A stretch of 64,000 nt of DNA, from the NCBI GenBank assembly GCA_016215405.1, contig JACRJQ010000008.1, forward strand, positions 25,866-89,865, in the 5' to 3' direction. Position 1 is the first letter of the stretch. Each line of letters opens with the position of its first letter. The notes beneath the pieces were generated by a model. It was not told the DNA's origin, searched no databases, and was given only the letters and a program-made list of their open reading frames with translations. The DNA is from Candidatus Tayloriibacteriota bacterium. Its GTDB lineage: Bacteria > Patescibacteriota > Minisyncoccia > Phycocordibacterales > UBA6065. Shown here one piece after another: positions 57,737-64,000 of this stretch. Made by a program: the position numbers and the translations under genes.

Positions 57737-58588
57737 CTACTTGTTGAGGGAGTAGGTGCTCCAGCGCCTCTCGCCTTCTTTCTTGAGAGTGCCGGCGGCC
57801 ACCATGGCAAGGAGCTCTCGCTGGATGGTCTTTACAGAGACACCCTTTATGCTCTCTACGAAATCGTTCACGTTGAGGCCGCTTCTCTTGGAGAGGAGCT
57901 TTACAATAATGGCCTGCCTGCCGTCCTTCGAATCGGTCGCCTTTGGCTGCTTTTCCTTTATGTCTTTGAGAGGGAGATACTCGGGCTTCGAAGAGACGGA
58001 GATCGTCTGTCCTTTAGGGGCGGTTGCTGGAGGAGTGTAAAGGACACGAGGAGCGTCGGCCTTCGGCGCTTCGGAGACAGCCGGAGCAGAGAGAGGCGCC
58101 TCACGTTCGGCAACCTTCGGAGAAGCGATGTCGAAGAAGCCTGGATCGAGCATAACGGTATCCTCGCTTCCCTTCCGGTTCTCGTCCTTCTCCATAAGAG
58201 AGAGGAGCGCCGTGAACTCGCGAGAGAGGATGCTGTAATTCATCTCGGAAATAAGCCCTGAATGGTGGGCGATGGACGCGAGAGAGACGATCTCGAGCGA
58301 GAGGCCTTGATATTCCTTTATGAGGTCTTTGCGCTCGGCGAGAGATACGGTATTAAAAGAGATGTTGAGCGCCATAAGAGAGAGAGCGTTCTCGCGTATC
58401 TTCCATTTGAGAGGCTCGTTGTCCTTGATGAAGTTCGTGATCATGTATACGGCCGTCACGAGCTTCTCGGTCTTTCGATAGACGTATGCAAAATGAGAGT
58501 TCCGATTGAAGAGAACGAGAGAGCTCACGTCGCCGCTCTCCTTTCGGGTCTCTATCTGCCTATCTCCGTTTTGACTCTGGTTTTCCAT
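57737..58588 (-). CDS. Hypothetical regulator with a C-terminal winged-helix DNA-binding domain, in a lower-GC stretch.
   Basis: C-terminus GVSVKTIQRELLAMVAAGTLKKEGERRWSTYSL. Codon usage is less GC3-biased than neighbours. Confidence 0.45.
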   Translation of the reverse strand: MENQSQNGDRQIETRKESGDVSSLVLFNRNSHFAYVYRKTEKLVTAVYMITNFIKDNEPLKWKIRENALSLMALNISFNTVSLAERKDLIKEYQGLSLEIVSLASIAHHSGLISEMNYSILSREFTALLSLMEKDENRKGSEDTVMLDPGFFDIASPKVAEREAPLSAPAVSEAPKADAPRVLYTPPATAPKGQTISVSSKPEYLPLKDIKEKQPKATDSKDGRQAIIVKLLSKRSGLNVNDFVESIKGVSVKTIQRELLAMVAAGTLKKEGERRWSTYSLNK

Positions 58589-58946
58589 ACGATGTTTATA
58601 AATATGGGCTTTTCGTAATGTCTTTTACTCTATGTCCTTGAAAAAGGGGTCCGTAAGCGAGATTTTCTGTCCTTTAAATAATATGTCTTTTATCGAATTC
58701 TGTCAAGAAGTGATGTCCATTATAGAACAGCCGTAAAGGACGTAAAGGGCAAGCCGCCGATGCGAAACGGAAGAAGGCTCGAGTCAATGCGGCGCGTCCT
58801 GCCCGAAGTCCGGACGGCAGGAGCGAAGCGAGGCGCCGTCGCATCGCGCGCTGTGTGGAAAAACGGCGCTCTGATAGACGGAAGCGTATTGGTCGGACCG
58901 CTCTTTTTAAGATGATGAGGTGCTCGCGTGATATAATTTCCACATC

Positions 58947-61220
58947 ATGGCCAAAAAGAAAAAGACCGGCGTCGAAGAGGCGCCGAAATCCGACAGAAAA
59001 TCGAAGGGCGGATTCTTCAAGAACCTCAAAGACGAGACGGTCCAGGGAGTCCTTATGATAGTGTTCTTCGTCCTCGCGATATTCACCTCTCTCGCCATCT
59101 GGGAGAAGGCGGGCATCGTGGGGCATTATACGTATCTCGGACTCTCGTATCTGTTGGGCGTCGGATACTACCTCCTGCCCCTCATATTCGTCGTCCTCGG
59201 CATAACGACGATACGCAACTTCCATCGCCATTTCGACGCCGCGAAGATCTACGGCTCGCTCCTCTTCCTCCTCTCCACCTTAGGCATCATAGAGATCGTC
59301 TCGCCTACCTACGGCGGCTTCATAGGAAAGTGGGTCGCCTTCCCCTTCGTGAGCCTCATCGACGTCTCCGCGTCCCTCGTCGTGCTCTCCGCCCTGGTCA
59401 TCATCTCTATCATCGTGGCGTTCAACGAGGAGCTCGACCTCAAGTCTCTCTTGCGATTCGGTAAGGACGAGGAGGACGAGGACGAAGAGGCCGAGATAGA
59501 GGAGGAGGTGAACATCAGGCTCTCTTTGCCTACCGAAGAGGAGGCCCCTAAAAAGAGGAAGAAGGAACCGGAGGCCGAGCCTGAGAAGACCAAGGAGGAG
59601 AAGAAACCGAAGAAGGACATGAAGGTCTCGACCGGCGTAGAGGACGACGGCAAAGACTTCATCAAGCCTTCGAAAGATACGGACAAGGAGTACACCCCTC
59701 CCCCGCTCTCGCTTCTCGAACGCGACAAAGGCAAGCCCGTCGTAGGAGACGTCAAAGCGAACGCGAACATCATAAAGAGGACCCTTATGAACTTCGGCAT
59801 CGACGTCGAGATGGACGAGGTCTCTATCGGCCCCTCGGTCACCCGCTATGCCCTTAAGCCCGCCGAAGGAGTGAAGCTCGCGCGCATCGTCGGCCTGCAA
59901 AACGACCTCGCCTTGGCCCTCGCCGCCCACCCTTTGCGCATAGAGGCTCCTATCCCTGGCAAATCCCTCGTAGGCATCGAGATACCGAACACGACAAAGA
60001 CGACCGTAGGCCTCGGAACCCTCTTCTCGAACGAGGAGTTCCAGACGTCCGAAAAGCCCCTCCTCGTAGCCATAGGCAAAGGCATCTCGGGCAAATCTCA
60101 CTACGTGAACGTGGCGAAGATGCCCCACCTCCTCATCGCCGGCGCCACGGGATCGGGAAAATCGGTCACTATACACGCCCTTATCGTCTCTCTCCTCTAT
60201 CGATGCTCGCCTGAGAAGCTCAAACTGATCATGATCGACCCGAAAAGAGTCGAACTTACGCTCTATAACAAGATCCCCCACCTCCTCACCCCGGTCATCA
60301 CCGATGCGAAGAAGGCGATCCTGTCCCTCAAATGGGCCGCAAAAGAGATGGATAGGCGCTACAACATCCTCCAAGAGCACGGCGTGCGCGACATAGACTC
60401 GTACCACAAGAACGTATACGAGCCCGCCTCGAAAAAGGTGAAGGTCAAAAAAGACGGCGAAGAGATAGACGCTCCAGGGCCTGATCCGATGCCTTATATA
60501 GTCGTCATCATCGACGAGCTCGCGGATATCATGCAGACCTACCCTCGAGAGCTCGAGGCCGGCATCGTCCGCCTCGCCCAGATGTCTCGAGCCGTGGGCA
60601 TCCACCTCATGCTCTCTACCCAAAGGCCGTCGGTAAACGTCATAACCGGCCTCATCAAGGCGAACATCCCTGCGCGACTGGCTCTCCAAGTGGCGTCCCA
60701 GGTCGACTCCCGCACCATCCTCGACACCGTGGGCGCGGAGAAGCTCCTCGGCGCGGGAGATATGCTCTACCTCGGCGGCGAGATGTCGAAACCTACCCGC
60801 ATCCAGTGCGCGTACATAAGCGAATCGGAAGTGAAGAAAGTCGTGAAATTCCTCGCCGACTCGCATATCGACGAGCTTAACGACGAGATAAACCTCACGG
60901 ACAACGCCGTAAAGAACGACAACGCCATATTCTCCGCGACCCTCGACGATATGGGCGAGGAAGGCGGAGAAGACGACGACGACGATATGTACGAACAGGC
61001 CAAGGCGGTCGTCATGGAAGCCGGAAAGGCCTCGACCTCCTATATCCAGAGGAAGCTGCGCGTCGGATACTCGCGCGCGGCGCGGCTCATGGACCTCCTC
61101 GAAGAACGAGGCGTGATAGGGGCGGCCGACGGCTCCAAGCCTCGACCGGTCGTCCTCGGAGGAGGCGGCTCGTCGGAGACATCGTCGGAAGGAGCGGCGG
61201 AAGAAGAGAAGCCTTTATAA
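58947..61220 (+). CDS. ftsK: DNA translocase FtsK/SpoIIIE.
   Basis: N-terminal TM helices, acidic/Lys linker, motor domain with LIAGATGSGKSV, C-terminal gamma domain (YIQRKLRVGYSRAARLMDLLEERGVIG). Confidence 0.9.
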   Translation: MAKKKKTGVEEAPKSDRKSKGGFFKNLKDETVQGVLMIVFFVLAIFTSLAIWEKAGIVGHYTYLGLSYLLGVGYYLLPLIFVVLGITTIRNFHRHFDAAKIYGSLLFLLSTLGIIEIVSPTYGGFIGKWVAFPFVSLIDVSASLVVLSALVIISIIVAFNEELDLKSLLRFGKDEEDEDEEAEIEEEVNIRLSLPTEEEAPKKRKKEPEAEPEKTKEEKKPKKDMKVSTGVEDDGKDFIKPSKDTDKEYTPPPLSLLERDKGKPVVGDVKANANIIKRTLMNFGIDVEMDEVSIGPSVTRYALKPAEGVKLARIVGLQNDLALALAAHPLRIEAPIPGKSLVGIEIPNTTKTTVGLGTLFSNEEFQTSEKPLLVAIGKGISGKSHYVNVAKMPHLLIAGATGSGKSVTIHALIVSLLYRCSPEKLKLIMIDPKRVELTLYNKIPHLLTPVITDAKKAILSLKWAAKEMDRRYNILQEHGVRDIDSYHKNVYEPASKKVKVKKDGEEIDAPGPDPMPYIVVIIDELADIMQTYPRELEAGIVRLAQMSRAVGIHLMLSTQRPSVNVITGLIKANIPARLALQVASQVDSRTILDTVGAEKLLGAGDMLYLGGEMSKPTRIQCAYISESEVKKVVKFLADSHIDELNDEINLTDNAVKNDNAIFSATLDDMGEEGGEDDDDDMYEQAKAVVMEAGKASTSYIQRKLRVGYSRAARLMDLLEERGVIGAADGSKPRPVVLGGGGSSETSSEGAAEEEKPL

Positions 61221-61259
61221 TCTCTTTATCAGGGCAAGGGATAATACCGAAAGGACGAT

Positions 61260-61613
61260 ATGACCGACAGAAGGAAGATAAAGCAGCTCATAAAATTCTG
61301 GATCGCCCTCGCGGCGATATTCGTGATCGCAGGCTATGGGGCGTTCCAGGCGAAAGACCTCGCCATGGGCCCGCAGATCGAGGTAACCTTCCCCGCCACA
61401 GGGACGCTCTCGGGCGAATCGCTCGTCGAGATACGGGGCACCGCGAAGAACATCTCGCGCCTCTCCCTTAACGGAGACAAGATATTCACCGACGAAGAGG
61501 GCCGATGGTCGGAGACGGTCCTCCTCTCGTACGGTTATAATATAATGACCCTCGAAGCGAATGATAGGTTCGGCAGGACCGAGAAAAGGACGTTGGAACT
61601 CATTTATAAATAA
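61260..61613 (+). CDS. Small membrane-anchored hypothetical protein between ftsK and recA.
   Basis: 117 aa. TM helix [17 protein letters not shown], then a beta-rich domain. Confidence 0.45.
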   Translation: MTDRRKIKQLIKFWIALAAIFVIAGYGAFQAKDLAMGPQIEVTFPATGTLSGESLVEIRGTAKNISRLSLNGDKIFTDEEGRWSETVLLSYGYNIMTLEANDRFGRTEKRTLELIYK

Positions 61614-61623
61614 GCGAAACCAC

Positions 61624-62688
61624 ATGGCGAAAAAAGAAAAGAAGGAGGCGGCGACGATAGAGACTCACGAAAGACCGAACATCGAAGACACCCTCGCGGC
61701 GATAAAGACGAAATTCGGCGACGACGCCATCATGAAGCTCGGCGACAAGCCGAAAGTCGACGTGAACGCCATATCGACGGGATCGATCGGCCTCGATGCG
61801 GCCCTCGGCATCGGCGGCGTGCCTCGCGGCAGGATCATAGAGATCTTCGGGCCTGAATCGTCGGGCAAGACCACCCTCTCCCTCCATATAGTGGCCGAGG
61901 CCCAAAAGACGGGTGGCATCTGCGCCTTCATCGACGCCGAACACGCGATGGACCCTGAGTACGCGAGGAAGATCGGGGTCAAGATCGACGAGCTCCTCAT
62001 CTCCCAGCCGGATACGGGCGAGCAAGCCCTCGAGATCGTAGAATCCCTGGTAAGGTCAGGGAAGCTCGACGTCGTCGTCATCGACTCGGTCGCCGCCCTC
62101 ACCCCTAAAGACGAGATCGAGGGTGACATGGGCGCCCAGCACATGGGAAAGCAGGCCCGCCTCATGAGCCAGGCCCTCCGCAAGCTCACCGCCATAACCG
62201 CGAAGTCGAAGACCGTCGTCATCTTCATAAATCAGATCCGCATGCAGATAGGCGTCATGTTCGGCAACCCTGAGACCACGACCGGAGGAAAGGCTCTGAA
62301 GTTCTATACTTCGGTCCGAATGGATATCCGCCGCATCGCCCAGATAAAGAAAGGCGAGGAGGTCATGGGCGGCCGTTGCCGCGTCAAAGTGGTCAAGAAC
62401 AAGGTCGCTGCGCCGTTCAAGCAGACCGAATTCGACCTCATGTATAACGAAGGGATCAGCCGCGAAGGAGAGATCCTCGCCTTAGGCGAGAAGATGGGCC
62501 TTATAAAGAAATCAGGGGCGTCCTATAAATACGGCGAGGAGCCGATCGGCCGAGGCTACGATGCGACGAGACAGTTCCTGAAGGAGAACAAGAAAGTGGC
62601 GAACGACATCCTCCGCGAGATAAAGAAAGCGCTCGACAAGGGAGACATTCTCGAGGCCTCCCCTGCCCCAGCAGAGGCGGGAGAATAG
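61624..62688 (+). CDS. recA: Recombinase RecA.
   Basis: [57 protein letters not shown]. The start was moved to the ATG at 61624. Confidence 0.95.
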   Translation: MAKKEKKEAATIETHERPNIEDTLAAIKTKFGDDAIMKLGDKPKVDVNAISTGSIGLDAALGIGGVPRGRIIEIFGPESSGKTTLSLHIVAEAQKTGGICAFIDAEHAMDPEYARKIGVKIDELLISQPDTGEQALEIVESLVRSGKLDVVVIDSVAALTPKDEIEGDMGAQHMGKQARLMSQALRKLTAITAKSKTVVIFINQIRMQIGVMFGNPETTTGGKALKFYTSVRMDIRRIAQIKKGEEVMGGRCRVKVVKNKVAAPFKQTEFDLMYNEGISREGEILALGEKMGLIKKSGASYKYGEEPIGRGYDATRQFLKENKKVANDILREIKKALDKGDILEASPAPAEAGE

Positions 62689-62966
62689 TCGGCGACCGGG
62701 CTCGAAGATACGCGCTTCAAGACGACGAAAAGCCGAGGGCGAATGCCCCGGCTTTTCGTAACTTGGTTGCATCTGCAAAAGATCGGAACTGCCGCGAGGC
62801 GTACCTCGCGGTCCGCAGACCATCATACGCAGAAGCGATAAAAGAAATATAAAATCGCTCTCTTGCCTTGGGGATATCGATAGAGGGCCGCCCTAAGTAG
62901 ACAACCTGTCTGCGTTAGGCTAGGATAAAGCCCTGTTAAGCCTTATTTAGATATACACCAACCAGC

Positions 62967-63557
62967 ATGGCGATGCTTGAATACAACGAGATAACGGTAC
63001 GCAAGTACATAGTGATCGAGGGCGCACCCTATGAAGTGATCGAGAACCACATCGCGCGCACCCAGCAGAGGAAGCCTCAAAACCAGACGAAGGTGAAGAA
63101 CCTCCTCACCGGGCGGCTCTCTAACATGACGTTCCACGCCGCAGACAAGGTGGCAGAGGCCGAGATCGACACCCGCGAGGCGAAATTCCTCTATACCTCT
63201 AAAGGAGAGTTCTGGTTCTGCGACGCGAACAACCCTGCCAAGAGATTCAAGATCTCTGCCGAGATACTCGGCCCGAAAGCGCTCTTCCTCAAGGCGAACA
63301 CCGTATACGACACCATGGTATTCGTCGACCCTGAGAACGAGGACGGCGAAGGGACGATCTTCGGAGTAAAGCTCGATCCGACCGTAGACCTCAAGGTCGT
63401 CGAAGCTCCTCCCGGCATAAAAGGCGATACGGCTCGAGGAGGCAATAAGCTCGTCAAAGTTGAGACGGGCGCCATGGTCACCGTTCCCCTCTTCGTGAAC
63501 GAAGGCGATACTATAAGGATAAATACGGAGACGGGCGAATATAGAGAGCGAGCGTAA
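62967..63557 (+). CDS. efp: Elongation factor P.
   Basis: 196 aa. KPQNQTKVKNLLTGR...three OB-like domains. Confidence 0.9.
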   Translation: MAMLEYNEITVRKYIVIEGAPYEVIENHIARTQQRKPQNQTKVKNLLTGRLSNMTFHAADKVAEAEIDTREAKFLYTSKGEFWFCDANNPAKRFKISAEILGPKALFLKANTVYDTMVFVDPENEDGEGTIFGVKLDPTVDLKVVEAPPGIKGDTARGGNKLVKVETGAMVTVPLFVNEGDTIRINTETGEYRERA

Positions 63558-63623
63558 TCTGACTCGAAACAAAAACCGCGCGGCCATAAGGTCGCGCGGT
63601 TTCGCATAGAGGTCAAAAGAGCT

Positions 63624-64000
63624 TCACAGGGCGCAGGCTGCTTCCGACAAGGGATTCCGAGGCAGCGTAAGCTTGGCCGCGAACCTGAGCATGGATGCGG
63701 ACGGGACGTAGGCGACAGGCCCCGGCTTTAGGGCGATGACGAGACGCGTCGCGAGGATATCGAACATCGCCCCAACGAGCACCGGGCGAGCCATGATGGC
63801 TAGCTTTTCCTTTGGGGCCGCCCCGTCCCAGAGCATGTAATTGTTCGCGCCGGTGACGGCCAATACAGGAGTCCGCCTGAACTCCCCGGGCGAGCCTAAA
63901 GCGAGCCCGATCACCTCGCCGAGCTTCGATTCGTTCATCTTCATGAGGAATTCGAAGGCGCCCGAGACCCTCTGCCCGAACAGACATGGGTCGAGGCCGC
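63624..64000 (-). CDS. Hypothetical protein, N-terminus beyond the window (partial).
   Basis: The open minus-strand frame continues to the window edge (…MKMNESKLGEVIGLALGSPGEFRRTPVLAVTGANNYMLWDG…). The overlapping Arg-rich frame (63613-63987) is rejected. Confidence 0.3.
   Translation of the reverse strand, partial: GLDPCLFGQRVSGAFEFLMKMNESKLGEVIGLALGSPGEFRRTPVLAVTGANNYMLWDGAAPKEKLAIMARPVLVGAMFDILATRLVIALKPGPVAYVPSASMLRFAAKLTLPRNPLSEAACAL

Noticed and set aside
59280-60866. 528-aa minus-strand ORF.
   Set aside because: It is antisense to ftsK.
63613-63987. Arg-rich 124-aa minus ORF.
   Set aside because: It is an alternative frame of the more protein-like partial ORF 63624 to the window end.

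Overview
This is a high-GC (~60%) bacterial chromosomal segment with compact, mostly minus-strand genes. Several traits suggest a Candidate Phyla Radiation / Patescibacteria-like genome, though this is inference. The rRNA genes are unlinked: 16S sits at ~19.35-20.85 kb, followed by its own terminator, a small membrane-protein gene and tRNA-Ile, while 23S-5S lies ~16 kb away at ~36.4-40.1 kb. Both rRNA blocks have near-identical consensus promoters. The 23S gene (~3.48 kb) carries two ORF-less insertions at classic group I intron hotspots (the E. coli 2593/I-CreI site and the ~1931 site). The 16S 3' tail reads GGAUUAUUUCAAG where GGAUCACCUCCUU is expected, and most genes lack Shine-Dalgarno motifs. 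A ~95-nt imperfect-palindromic element recurs three times on the plus strand, each copy immediately after a rho-independent terminator. Housekeeping genes are readily recognisable: rsmI, mraY, rlmH, an Mpl/MurC-like ligase, pyk, secDF, an exopolysaccharide/glycosyltransferase cluster, rodA/ftsW, rplJ-rplL with a putative L10 leader, ftsK, recA and efp. More unusual content includes a TraG/VirD4-like P-loop ATPase with a long low-complexity tail running off the left edge, an overlapping ATP-grasp + Cys-peptidase pair, a Bpt/ATE-like aminoacyl-tRNA transferase fused behind mraY, a LysW-like zinc-ribbon mini-protein, a diverged DHH-like protein operon, a pilin-LamG fusion, a DnaA-C-domain-only protein, and AT-rich islets with small hydrophobic ORFs. 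Derived coordinates may be off by a few nucleotides. The large antisense ORFs in the track are rejected.
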